Assembly: GCA_964561705.1 (NCBI GenBank)
Contig: CAZLQJ010000001.1
Location: forward strand, 45,915-109,914
DNA from: an uncultured Lachnoclostridium sp.
GTDB lineage: Bacteria; Bacillota; Clostridia; Lachnospirales; Lachnospiraceae
Direction: 5' to 3'
Length of the DNA: 64,000 nt
Position 1 is the first letter of the stretch. Each line of letters opens with the position of its first letter. Below are positions 51,863 through 61,405 of the stretch, piece after piece. Both the position numbers and the translations under genes were made by a program. The notes beneath the pieces were generated by a model. The model was not told the DNA's origin. It ran no database searches and was given only the letters and a program-made list of their open reading frames with translations.

Positions 51863-52729
51863 ATGAAAAATGAGATTACCGGACATACCCGCCTGATCTG
51901 CCTTTTGGGCGATCCTGTTACACACAGTATCTCTCCTGCCATGCACAATCTTTCCTTTCAAACGTTAGGACTTGACTACGTGTATCTGGCTTTCAAATCC
52001 TCCATCGAAGAATTTGATGCTACTGTAAAAACCTTAAAACAGATTGGTGCCCGTGGCTTTAACTGCACAATGCCATGTAAAAGAATTGCCGCTGACCGAT
52101 GTGACGACCTTTCCCCCGCTGCCAGATTAATGGAATCTGTCAATACTGTCGTTATCGAAGATGGCAGACTTCTAGGGCATAATACGGATGGCGTCGGCTA
52201 CATGCGATCTGTCCAGGATGCCGGACATGACATTATCGGAAAAGAAATGACTTTGTTAGGATCTGGCGGTGCCGCTTCCGCAATCCTCACGCAGGCAGCC
52301 TTAGATGGTGTAAAATCCATCCATGTATTTGCCCGTAAGGGGAACTCCTGGAATACGGTCGAAAAACAGATTGATCAAATCAATTCTCAGACAGCCTGCA
52401 AGGTTACTTTAAATGAACTATCTGACACAACATCCCTCAAGCATTCTCTGACAGACAGTGCAATTCTGGTCAATGCATCTTCTGTCGGTATGGCACCTGA
52501 CACGGAAAACTGTCTGATTCCTGACAGTTCCTATTTTCATCCGGAACTGATCGTCTCAGATGTGATCTATAATCCACGCAAAACAAAGCTCCTTCAAATG
52601 GCTGAAACTGCCGGACTTTCCACCTTTAATGGGATGTATATGCTGCTCTATCAAGGCGCAGAAGCATTTCGGATTTGGACGGGACAGAATATGCCGGTAG
52701 ATCTTGTAAAGAAAACTTATTTTTCGTGA
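51863..52729 (+). CDS. aroE: Shikimate dehydrogenase
   Basis: Motifs LIGDPVTHSISPAMHN, FNCTMPCK, NTDGVG and LGSGGAASA are present. Confidence 0.9.
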   Translation: MKNEITGHTRLICLLGDPVTHSISPAMHNLSFQTLGLDYVYLAFKSSIEEFDATVKTLKQIGARGFNCTMPCKRIAADRCDDLSPAARLMESVNTVVIEDGRLLGHNTDGVGYMRSVQDAGHDIIGKEMTLLGSGGAASAILTQAALDGVKSIHVFARKGNSWNTVEKQIDQINSQTACKVTLNELSDTTSLKHSLTDSAILVNASSVGMAPDTENCLIPDSSYFHPELIVSDVIYNPRKTKLLQMAETAGLSTFNGMYMLLYQGAEAFRIWTGQNMPVDLVKKTYFS

Positions 52730-52740
52730 ATACTGGAGAA

Positions 52741-52773
52741 AAAAAGGGTATCCGCACTGCGAATACCCTTTTT
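52741..52773. terminator. Bidirectional terminator between the convergent aroE and ftsZ genes
   Basis: The stem aagggtat/ataccctt (52744-52751 and 52763-52770) is flanked by A-runs and T-runs. Confidence 0.6.
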
Positions 52774-52774
52774 A

Positions 52775-53932
52775 TTATTTACGATTTTTCTGTAAGAAAA
52801 TTGGAATTTTGATTTCCTGTTCTTCCGGAGCTTGTACCTTTGGTGTCACGATTCCCGGAAATGGCTTTGGCGTTGGCATAACTGGTGTTGAAGCTGCACC
52901 TGGCATTGCTGTTCTGGCTGGCGCTGTATATGGGATATTGCTCTTTGTTGGAATAATTTTCTGAGCTCCTGTTACATTTGCATCAAGACCTGTTGCGATA
53001 ACTGTAATACTACATTCATCTGTGTATGTATCATCGTACATCGCACCAAAGATGATATTTGCTTCTTCACCGGCCATATCCTGAACATAGCTTGCTGCAT
53101 CGTTTGCATCCATCAGAGAAATATCTCCGGATACGTTGATGATCACGTGAGAAGCACCTGAAATCGTAGTTTCCAGAAGTGGGGAAGCAACTGCCTGTTT
53201 TACTGCTTCCAGTGCCTTGTCATCTCCCTTCGCACTACCGATACCAATGTGTGCGATACCCTTATCTGTCATAACAGTCTGAACATCTGCGAAATCGAGG
53301 TTGATCAGAGCCGGTAAATTGATCAGGTCTGTAATACCCTGTACCGCCTGCTGAAGCACTTCATCTGCCTTCTTTAATGCTTCCGGCATCGTAGTTCTTC
53401 TGTCAACAATCTCTAAAAGCTTGTCATTTGGAATAACGATCAATGTATCTACACTTTCTTTTAACTTTTCAATTCCTGAAACAGCATTCTGCATTCTTGC
53501 CTTTGCTTCGAATCTGAATGGCTTTGTAACAACACCAACAGTCAAAATACCCATATCTTTGGCTGCTCTTGCTACCACCGGAGCTGCACCTGTTCCGGTA
53601 CCGCCGCCCATACCGCAGGTAACAAATACCATATCTGCACCCTTGATCACATCTTTAATATCATCTAAACTTTCTTCTGCAGCTTTTTCACCGATCTCTG
53701 GTTTTGCACCTGCACCCAGACCTTTGGTCAGCTTTTCGCCAATCTGCAGCACAGTAGGAGCTTTACAGAAATTCAATGCCTGTTTATCTGTATTGATTCC
53801 AATAAATTCTACTCCACCAATTTGTTCATCTATCATTCTGTTAACAGCATTATTTCCTGCACCGCCGACACCGATCACGATAATCCTTGCTGCAGTTTCA
53901 GCTTCATTTGTCATAATTTCTAACAACGCCAT
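52775..53932 (-). CDS. ftsZ: Cell division GTPase FtsZ
   Basis: Motifs [14 protein letters not shown] and the tubulin signature [10 protein letters not shown] are present. Confidence 0.97.
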   Translation of the reverse strand: MALLEIMTNEAETAARIIVIGVGGAGNNAVNRMIDEQIGGVEFIGINTDKQALNFCKAPTVLQIGEKLTKGLGAGAKPEIGEKAAEESLDDIKDVIKGADMVFVTCGMGGGTGTGAAPVVARAAKDMGILTVGVVTKPFRFEAKARMQNAVSGIEKLKESVDTLIVIPNDKLLEIVDRRTTMPEALKKADEVLQQAVQGITDLINLPALINLDFADVQTVMTDKGIAHIGIGSAKGDDKALEAVKQAVASPLLETTISGASHVIINVSGDISLMDANDAASYVQDMAGEEANIIFGAMYDDTYTDECSITVIATGLDANVTGAQKIIPTKSNIPYTAPARTAMPGAASTPVMPTPKPFPGIVTPKVQAPEEQEIKIPIFLQKNRK

Positions 53933-54041
53933 GTCCTCCTTATCGTACCCAACTTGTACAAATATCTACTTCATTTTATATTATCTGCTTTTCGCCAATT
54001 AATCAAGTCGATTTTTACAAAAAGTCAGAAAAATTTGAAAT

Positions 54042-54812
54042 TTATTTATCTTTGATGAAAGAAATGTTCTTACTTTCACTGGTATACTCTTCCATGTGTA
54101 GCACACCTGACTTATCTTCCAGATCCGGCAGCAGTGATTGGATTCTGGATGCCTTTTCATCAATGTGATCCCCTTTTCCAAGATTGATCCTTGCATTGGC
54201 AAAAGTCAGCACAATCTCTGTTCCTTCCTTCTTTAAGGTAATCGCATCCGGATGAAGTTCATACTTCTCCATCATCTGTGTTATGGAAAGCAGCACATCA
54301 AAAATTTTCTCATTTTTTACCTCTAATGGTTCATAGAGTGTCAATGTATCAAATTTCAGCCCATGGATGCATGGAATACCTTCCAAAATCTCACTGGAAC
54401 TTTCCACAACGGTCCCTTCTTTATCAAAATAAAGATTTGAACCCATATATTCTACATAACCGATGATCTTTTTTTCATAAACCCGGATCTTAATGTGATC
54501 CATGGACTTTAAGGTAATCTCTACATTATCTACAAAAGGGATTGCTTTCCCGTCAAGATATTCATACTGGAACATCAGATATAGGGAATTTCTATGTTCT
54601 CCCATGACAAGTTCTTTGATTTCTTCCTCTGTATAGTAGGAATTTCCCGTAACCTCCACTTTATCCACGCGAAAAATCCCTGCCGCTAAAAGAACCGAAA
54701 ACAGTACACCCAATCCAACGACCCCAATCAGAATCCCTTTGAAATTGAATATTTTTTTAATAAATCCTTTTTTCATAACTTTCATTTTATCACATATTTT
54801 CGGTTCTTGCAC
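54042..54812 (-). CDS. ftsQ: Cell division protein FtsQ/DivIB (POTRA domain)
   Basis: An N-terminal TM is followed by the POTRA-like sequence VDKVEVTGNSYYTEEEIKELV...ITLKSMDHIKIRVYEKK. The position upstream of ftsZ fits. Confidence 0.75.
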   Translation of the reverse strand: MQEPKICDKMKVMKKGFIKKIFNFKGILIGVVGLGVLFSVLLAAGIFRVDKVEVTGNSYYTEEEIKELVMGEHRNSLYLMFQYEYLDGKAIPFVDNVEITLKSMDHIKIRVYEKKIIGYVEYMGSNLYFDKEGTVVESSSEILEGIPCIHGLKFDTLTLYEPLEVKNEKIFDVLLSITQMMEKYELHPDAITLKKEGTEIVLTFANARINLGKGDHIDEKASRIQSLLPDLEDKSGVLHMEEYTSESKNISFIKDK

Positions 54813-54821
54813 TATAAGTTT

Positions 54822-56072
54822 CTAGGATTTTCTGTGAATAACTGCACCCAGCTTACAAAAATCTTCTACAATATTCTCATAGCCCCGTTGCAGGATCTGT
54901 GCATTACCAAGTTCTGAATTTCCTTCTGCCTGCAGTGCCGCAATGATCAATGCCGCTCCGCCCCTTAGTTCCCGTACTTCCAACCGTCTTCCTTCCAGTT
55001 TTTTTACCGGAAACAAATAGGCTTTCCGGTCTTTGAGATAAATCTCCGCTCCCATCTTTTTTAGTTCCTCCACAATCCGAAAACGATTTTCAAAGATCTG
55101 CTCCTCAATGCAGCTTTTCCCCTCTGCTCTGCACAAAACAGCCAACAGCGGGGACTGCAAATCTGTGGGGAAGCCAGGATAAGGAGCTGTCACAAGATAG
55201 GGGATGGAATTCGCCCTTTCTTTCATCCGCAGCTTCACATCATTTCCATCTCTCTTAAGTTCACCACCCAGACGATGAACAATCTGAATCGTCTTTCTCA
55301 TATGTTCCAGGGGTGCATCTCTTAAAATGATCTCACCACCGGCTGCGATGGCAGCAAACAGGTAAGTTCCTGCTACGATTCGGTCACTGCAAACGGTATA
55401 TTCCACCTGTGTCTGGCATTTTGCACCCATAACAAAGAGTTTTTCTGTTCCGATCCCATAAATGCGAATTCCCATTGTCGCTAAAAATCTACACAATTCA
55501 ACAATTTCAGGTTCTCTGGCAGCTCCATAGATTCTGGTCATACCGGACGCACCTGCTGCTGCCAAAAGAATATTTTCGGTGACTCCCACACTGGAATATG
55601 GCAAAAACAAATCGCAGCCTTCCAAATGTTCGCACACAGCTTCCAGCCGGTCTTCTTTTTCCTGAAAAGACACTCCCATTGCCTCCAGAACCTGTTCATG
55701 AAGATCAATCGGTCGTTTTCCAATACAGCATCCCCCCGGATAACCCAAGGTTACGGTTCCAAATCTGGCCAGAAAACTTCCAAGCAGCATGACAGAGGAA
55801 CGCATGCGGTCTGTTTTTTCGATCAAGGGTACCGACTGCATCTCTTCCGTATTTAGAATCAGGGTATCTCCTTCCCAGATACTTTTCACTCCTGCATAGG
55901 CCAATACTTCCAGCATGGAGGATACATCCTCAATCTTTGGGCATTTATGTAGGACTGTCTCGCCCCGGTTCAATACACATGCTGACAGGATCGGAAGCAC
56001 TGCATTTTTGCTTCCCTGAATCTGAACCTCACCGCACAATCTGTGCATACCTTCCACTTCTATCTTACTCAA
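54822..56072 (-). CDS. murA: UDP-N-acetylglucosamine 1-carboxyvinyltransferase
   Basis: The N-terminus contains GEVQIQGSKNAVLPIL. The active-site region is GYPGGCCIGKRPIDLH. Confidence 0.9.
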   Translation of the reverse strand: MSKIEVEGMHRLCGEVQIQGSKNAVLPILSACVLNRGETVLHKCPKIEDVSSMLEVLAYAGVKSIWEGDTLILNTEEMQSVPLIEKTDRMRSSVMLLGSFLARFGTVTLGYPGGCCIGKRPIDLHEQVLEAMGVSFQEKEDRLEAVCEHLEGCDLFLPYSSVGVTENILLAAAGASGMTRIYGAAREPEIVELCRFLATMGIRIYGIGTEKLFVMGAKCQTQVEYTVCSDRIVAGTYLFAAIAAGGEIILRDAPLEHMRKTIQIVHRLGGELKRDGNDVKLRMKERANSIPYLVTAPYPGFPTDLQSPLLAVLCRAEGKSCIEEQIFENRFRIVEELKKMGAEIYLKDRKAYLFPVKKLEGRRLEVRELRGGAALIIAALQAEGNSELGNAQILQRGYENIVEDFCKLGAVIHRKS

Positions 56073-56123
56073 AGGATTCCCCCATAAAATTCATTCATAA
56101 AATTCTATGCCCCATCCCCTGGT

Positions 56124-57221
56124 TTAATGTTCTTTTCTTATCGACAGCGAAACATTTAGGGCAATCCCCATCTCCGACAAAAGAAACAGTACCGAGGTTC
56201 CTCCATAACTGACAAAAGGCAGCGTAATTCCCGTATTGGGGATACTGTTGGTCACCACCGCAATGTTTAAAATCACCTGAATCATCAGATGCGCCATGAT
56301 CCCGGAAACAACCAGACAGCCGTAAAGATCTCTGGTATGGCTGGCGACGACCATTAATCTCCAGATCAATATTCCAAACAAAAGGATCAAAAAAATAGCA
56401 CCTAAAAGCCCCAGTTCCTCACATATGATGGAAAAGATCATATCATTCTGGGCTTCCGGTACAAATCCCAGTTTTTGCTTTCCATTACCAATTCCAACCC
56501 CAAATACGCCGCCGGATCCGATGGCATATAATCCCTGCAATGTCTGATATCCTTTCTCATATTTTTCCGGATCCATCCAGATTTTCAAACGTTCCAGACG
56601 ATAACTTTCCATTGCAAGGAAAATGGTCACAAATAATATTCCTACAGTTCCTATGGCAATAAACTGTGCATATTTTGGACTTGCAACAAAGATCAGAACC
56701 ACTGCAATTCCCAGAATAATGATTGCCGTACTCAAATTGTTAGTTCCTACAAGCCCGACGATCGGCAATGCACTTAATATGACCAGAAACATGGTTTTGA
56801 TCTTCACGATCTTCTTTCCCTGCTTTGTGACGATCCAGGCAAGAAATACGATCAATGCCACTTTAGCGAACTCTGACGGCTGAAAAGACAAAGGTCCCAC
56901 GCCCAGCCAGCGTTTTGATCCGTTGATCTCCTGCCCCACAAAAAGAACCAAGGTCGATAAAACCGCCGCGAAACAGTAACCGGCCACAGCAAAGGATGAC
57001 CAGATATGATAATCAATATTTGCCACCAGATACATGGCTGCTAATCCCAGACTGGTCGCAAAAAACTGCTTCTTTAAATAATAAAAAGAATCGCCAAACT
57101 TTACCTGCCCGTTATAGGAACTTGTGCTGTAAAGCATGACCATTCCAAACAAAACAAGAGCCAAAACGCTGATGAGTAATGCCATGTCTACTCTTTTCGT
57201 TCCGGCTCTTTCCTTTTTCAT
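56124..57221 (-). CDS. SEDS family peptidoglycan polymerase FtsW/SpoVE
   Basis: A 10-TM protein with QPSEFAKV, GLGxG-like GVGIGNGKQKLGFVPEAQNDMIFS and LPFVSYGGTS. Confidence 0.9.
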   Translation of the reverse strand: MKKERAGTKRVDMALLISVLALVLFGMVMLYSTSSYNGQVKFGDSFYYLKKQFFATSLGLAAMYLVANIDYHIWSSFAVAGYCFAAVLSTLVLFVGQEINGSKRWLGVGPLSFQPSEFAKVALIVFLAWIVTKQGKKIVKIKTMFLVILSALPIVGLVGTNNLSTAIIILGIAVVLIFVASPKYAQFIAIGTVGILFVTIFLAMESYRLERLKIWMDPEKYEKGYQTLQGLYAIGSGGVFGVGIGNGKQKLGFVPEAQNDMIFSIICEELGLLGAIFLILLFGILIWRLMVVASHTRDLYGCLVVSGIMAHLMIQVILNIAVVTNSIPNTGITLPFVSYGGTSVLFLLSEMGIALNVSLSIRKEH

Positions 57222-57231
57222 GCAGATCTCC

Positions 57232-58587
57232 TTATAATTTTCTTACAAGCTCTTTAAAAATCCTTCCGCGCTGTTCATAATTATCAAACATTCCCCAGCT
57301 TGCACATGCCGGTGAGAGCAGGACTGCCTCGCCCGGATTTGCCAGTCTGGCACAAATTTCTACGGCTTCTTCCATTGTATCTGCAAACATAATCTTATGA
57401 AACCCGTGTTTCCTTGCACACTCTGCAATTTTTTCTCTGGTTGCCCCCAAAAGCACCAGATGGGTTACTTTTCCATCAAAACTCTCAATCCATTCATCAT
57501 ATTCAGATCCCTTGTCATAACCGCCCCCAATCAAAACAGTTTTACGGTTCATTGCCTGGATCCCTTTTATCGCTGCATCCGGATTTGTACCCTTGGAGTC
57601 ATTATAATAATCTACACCATTTTTTTCTGCAACAAATTCAATCCGGTGTTCCACCGCCGTAAATTCCATTACGGTCTTTCTGATCACATCCATCGGCACC
57701 TTCATGCTCACTGCCATTGCGATGGCTGCCATAACATTTTCATGATTATGACCCCCCAACACCTTCAGATCTGTGGTCTTGCAGATTGGTGTTTTGGTAT
57801 TTCCATCCGCATAAATGAATGTATCATCTTCCAGATATACACCCATCTCCAATGTATGCAGACGACTGAAATATAATACCGATGCACTGCATCGTTCTCC
57901 AAATTTTCTTGTCACTTCATCATCATAATTTAAAACACAAACATCTTCTTTTGTCTGATTGCATGCAATCTTTTCTTTGGTTTCTATGTAACATTCCATG
58001 GTATGATGTCTGTTCAGATGATCCGGTGTAATATTTAAAATTGCGCTCACTGCCGGATGAAACCGGTCAACGGTCTCTAACTGGAAGCTGGAAATTTCTG
58101 CTACCGTCACTGTATCTTCCTTCATTTCCAGTGCAGCTTCCGTATAAGGATTTCCAATGTTTCCTACCACAAATACACTGTCAAAATAATTTTTCATCAG
58201 TTTTCCAACCAATGTCGTTGTCGTCGTCTTTCCATTGGTTCCTGTAATAGCAACCACTCTGCCCTTTGACAGACGATAGGCCAGTTCAATTTCACCCCAG
58301 ACCGGAATATTTCTCGTCTTAAACTCTTCCACCAATGGGATATCTGTCGGAACTCCCGGACTTAACACTACCAGATCCAATGTTCCGATCACATCCTCGC
58401 TCAAAACACCTAAAATGATCTTTGCCTTCGAATCCTTCGGCAGTTTCTGTCTAATCTGTTCTTTTGCATTTTTCGTATTTTCATCATAAAGGACCACACG
58501 GGCCTGTACAGTTTCTAAGAGCGTTGCTGCGCTGATACCGCTGATCCCTGTGCCGTATACCAGCACATTTTTATTTAAAAATTCCAT
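57232..58587 (-). CDS. murD: UDP-N-acetylmuramoylalanine--D-glutamate ligase
   Basis: Motifs GTGISGISA and AITGTNGKTTTTTL are present, and the gene lies between mraY and ftsW. Confidence 0.9.
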   Translation of the reverse strand: MEFLNKNVLVYGTGISGISAATLLETVQARVVLYDENTKNAKEQIRQKLPKDSKAKIILGVLSEDVIGTLDLVVLSPGVPTDIPLVEEFKTRNIPVWGEIELAYRLSKGRVVAITGTNGKTTTTTLVGKLMKNYFDSVFVVGNIGNPYTEAALEMKEDTVTVAEISSFQLETVDRFHPAVSAILNITPDHLNRHHTMECYIETKEKIACNQTKEDVCVLNYDDEVTRKFGERCSASVLYFSRLHTLEMGVYLEDDTFIYADGNTKTPICKTTDLKVLGGHNHENVMAAIAMAVSMKVPMDVIRKTVMEFTAVEHRIEFVAEKNGVDYYNDSKGTNPDAAIKGIQAMNRKTVLIGGGYDKGSEYDEWIESFDGKVTHLVLLGATREKIAECARKHGFHKIMFADTMEEAVEICARLANPGEAVLLSPACASWGMFDNYEQRGRIFKELVRKL

Positions 58588-58600
58588 GTTTCCTCCGTAA

Positions 58601-59563
58601 TTACAGTGCCATCAGTCCTACCAGACACAGAAGTGCTGTAATGATCGTAAAGACTGCTACCACCTTTGTTTCTGACCATCCCCCCAATTCAAAATGATGG
58701 TGGATCGGTGCCATTCTGAAAATTCTCTTTCCGTGAGAGATTTTAAAATATCCAACCTGAATGATCACAGATAAAATTTCAATCCAGTAAATCAGTCCCA
58801 CAATAAGGATAAACATCGGCATCTGAAGCATATAGGCAATGGATGCCACAAAGCCGCCCAAAGCCAGAGAACCGGTATCTCCCATAAATACACTGGCCGG
58901 ATGTACATTAAATAATAAAAAGCCCAAAAGTGCGCCGATGACTGCTGCTGCGATCGGCCATACACCGCTTCCTTCTCCCAACGCTACCACGCCAAAAAAG
59001 ATTGCAACCATGATCGTCACACTGGTCGCCAGACCATCCAGACCATCTGTAAAGTTCACGCCGTTCACGGTTCCAATCACTGCAAGGAACATTACCGGAA
59101 TTGCCAAAAAGCCAAGATTTAATGTCACGCCCGGAAAGAATGGAACGATCATTTCCATGGAAATGCCTGAAAATTTGTACATATAAACGGCAAACACACC
59201 AGTAACCAGAAACTGCCCAAACATCTTCTGGGATGGTGTCAACCCTTCCGAACGCTTTAAAATGATCTTAATATAATCATCCAAAAATCCAATGATCCCA
59301 AAGCCTACCGTCACAAACAGTACCGGGATGATCTGCGGATAATCCTTACTGTAAATGCAGGATGTCACGATCACACTGATCAAGAAGATCACGCCTCCCA
59401 TGGTCGGTGTCCCATTTTTCTTTAAATGGGACTGTGGGCCATCATCTCTGACTGTCTGACCAAATTTCAATTTTCTTAAAAACGGAATGATCAGGGGACC
59501 TAGCGCCACACTGATCGCAAATGCAATGATAATCGGAATCGATATTGTAATATATAGATTCAT
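58601..59563 (-). CDS. mraY: Phospho-N-acetylmuramoyl-pentapeptide transferase
   Basis: Motifs TPTMGG, NFTDGLDGLA, GDTGSLALGG and PIHHHFE are present. Confidence 0.95.
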   Translation of the reverse strand: MNLYITISIPIIIAFAISVALGPLIIPFLRKLKFGQTVRDDGPQSHLKKNGTPTMGGVIFLISVIVTSCIYSKDYPQIIPVLFVTVGFGIIGFLDDYIKIILKRSEGLTPSQKMFGQFLVTGVFAVYMYKFSGISMEMIVPFFPGVTLNLGFLAIPVMFLAVIGTVNGVNFTDGLDGLATSVTIMVAIFFGVVALGEGSGVWPIAAAVIGALLGFLLFNVHPASVFMGDTGSLALGGFVASIAYMLQMPMFILIVGLIYWIEILSVIIQVGYFKISHGKRIFRMAPIHHHFELGGWSETKVVAVFTIITALLCLVGLMAL

Positions 59564-59613
59564 AATCCACCTCTTCTATTCTTCTCTTTTGATATTTTAT
59601 AAGTATAATTCTT

Positions 59614-61356
59614 TTATTCTGAACTTTCAACTGTTTCTACCTGTAAATAAGGCAAAATATTTTCAAAGATGCTTTGCAGCACCGGTGCCGCAATTGTTCC
59701 TCCATAATACACCCCTGTAGGCTTTGCGATAATGACCAGACCAAGTACCTGCGGGTCATCCGCCGGTGCAAATCCCAGAAATGAGGAAATATATTGTTTG
59801 GCACTCCTTGGCAATGTCTGGGACGTTGCAGTTTTGCCGCCAATGCGATATCCGTCCACCTGACCTTTCGATCCTCCGCCTTCTGCTACGACACTTTCCA
59901 GAAGAGTTCGCATCACTTCTGATGTTTCTTCCGAAACAATCCCGTTTTTTTTTGGATATTCAAAGGTTTTTATGATCTCTCCCTCATCATTTCTGATTTC
60001 TTTTGCAAAATGCGGTGTTACCCTGTTTCCTCCATTAATGATCGCACTGACAGTCGCTGCAAGCTGAATCGGCGTAATCTGAAAAGACTGGCCAAATGAC
60101 ATGGTCGCAAGTTCCACCAGACCAATGGTTTCCTTTTTATGCATAATCGTTCCAGCCTCTCCCGGGATATCGATCCCCGTCCTGGAAAGCATTCCAAGAT
60201 CTTTCATTCCCTCATAAAAGGCATCTGATCCCACACGCAGCCCCACATTGATAAATACCGGATTGCAGGAATTTTGTATACCCTGTGCAAAAGTTTCTGC
60301 TCCATGGCCTTTTATTTTGTGGCAACGGATCCTGCGATCTTCCACAATGGCAAATCCCGGACAGGAAAAGGTATCATTGACTGTCACTTTTCCTTCTTCG
60401 AACGCAATGGCTGAAGTGATGATTTTAAAGATTGACCCTGGCTCATAGGTATCATTGACGCTTTGATTGCGCCACATTCTGTTTCTTGCATCATTTATCT
60501 GCTGTTGGGTCATAGCTTCCGTCTCCGTCTCTTCCGACAGATCAAAGGGATGATTCAGATCAAATTCCGGCACATTGACATTGGCATAAATAGCTCCGTC
60601 TTCCGGGTTCATTATTATGATCGAAACATATTCTGCCTCCTTTTCTTCCAAAACTTTCAAAGCTGCCTGTTCGCAGTACATCTGAATATTATAATCCAGT
60701 GTCAGACACAGATTATTTCCCGCGATGGCTTCTACCCGTTCTTCCGCTTCTCCGTCCAGTTCGATGCCCCTTGCATCTGTCTGGGTCAGGATCGTCCCGT
60801 CAATTCCTTTCAAATAATCTTCATAATATACCTCCAGACCAATAATTCCCTGATTATCACTCCCGGTAAATCCCAGCACCTTTGATGCTGCCGAATCAAA
60901 TGGATAATATCGCTTAAAATCTTCGTCTATTTTTACACCCGCAAGATTATAATTTCGGATCCTATCTCCTGTTTCCTTATCCACATTCGCCTTAATTTTT
61001 TCAATAGAACTTACTTTTTCCACACGCTTACGGACAATTTCCTCCGTAATCCCCAATTCCCGGCTTAACACCGTGATCACTTTTTCCGGATCCCGGATCT
61101 GACTATGGATAACAGAAACCGTACATACGGTTCGATTAGTTGCAAGTACCACACCTGTACGATCAAGAATTTTCCCACGGGCTGCTTTGATACTTCTTTC
61201 CCTTTCATGAAGCGCATCCGCTTTTTCCTGATAGTATTCTGAACGAAATACCATCAAATATACCAGACGTACACAAAGACATCCTATCACCATCATACAT
61301 AGAAAAAAGACAACAACAATCTTTTTTCTATGATATGTTTTTGTATGATCAAACAT
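59614..61356 (-). CDS. Class B penicillin-binding protein (SpoVD/PBP2B-like transpeptidase)
   Basis: N-terminal TM, SxxK (SIFK), SxN (SCN) and a KTG-like motif (GGKTATS). Confidence 0.85.
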   Translation of the reverse strand: MFDHTKTYHRKKIVVVFFLCMMVIGCLCVRLVYLMVFRSEYYQEKADALHERERSIKAARGKILDRTGVVLATNRTVCTVSVIHSQIRDPEKVITVLSRELGITEEIVRKRVEKVSSIEKIKANVDKETGDRIRNYNLAGVKIDEDFKRYYPFDSAASKVLGFTGSDNQGIIGLEVYYEDYLKGIDGTILTQTDARGIELDGEAEERVEAIAGNNLCLTLDYNIQMYCEQAALKVLEEKEAEYVSIIIMNPEDGAIYANVNVPEFDLNHPFDLSEETETEAMTQQQINDARNRMWRNQSVNDTYEPGSIFKIITSAIAFEEGKVTVNDTFSCPGFAIVEDRRIRCHKIKGHGAETFAQGIQNSCNPVFINVGLRVGSDAFYEGMKDLGMLSRTGIDIPGEAGTIMHKKETIGLVELATMSFGQSFQITPIQLAATVSAIINGGNRVTPHFAKEIRNDEGEIIKTFEYPKKNGIVSEETSEVMRTLLESVVAEGGGSKGQVDGYRIGGKTATSQTLPRSAKQYISSFLGFAPADDPQVLGLVIIAKPTGVYYGGTIAAPVLQSIFENILPYLQVETVESSE

Positions 61357-61405
61357 AAAAAGACCTCATAAAGTTTTTCTTCATTTTATGAGGTCCTTAC
61401 ATTTA

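Noticed and set aside
53421-54002. 193-aa plus-strand ORF
   Set aside because: It is antisense to ftsZ, and its Ala/Pro/Thr/Ser-rich translation is typical of the reverse frame of a Gly/Ala/Val-rich gene.
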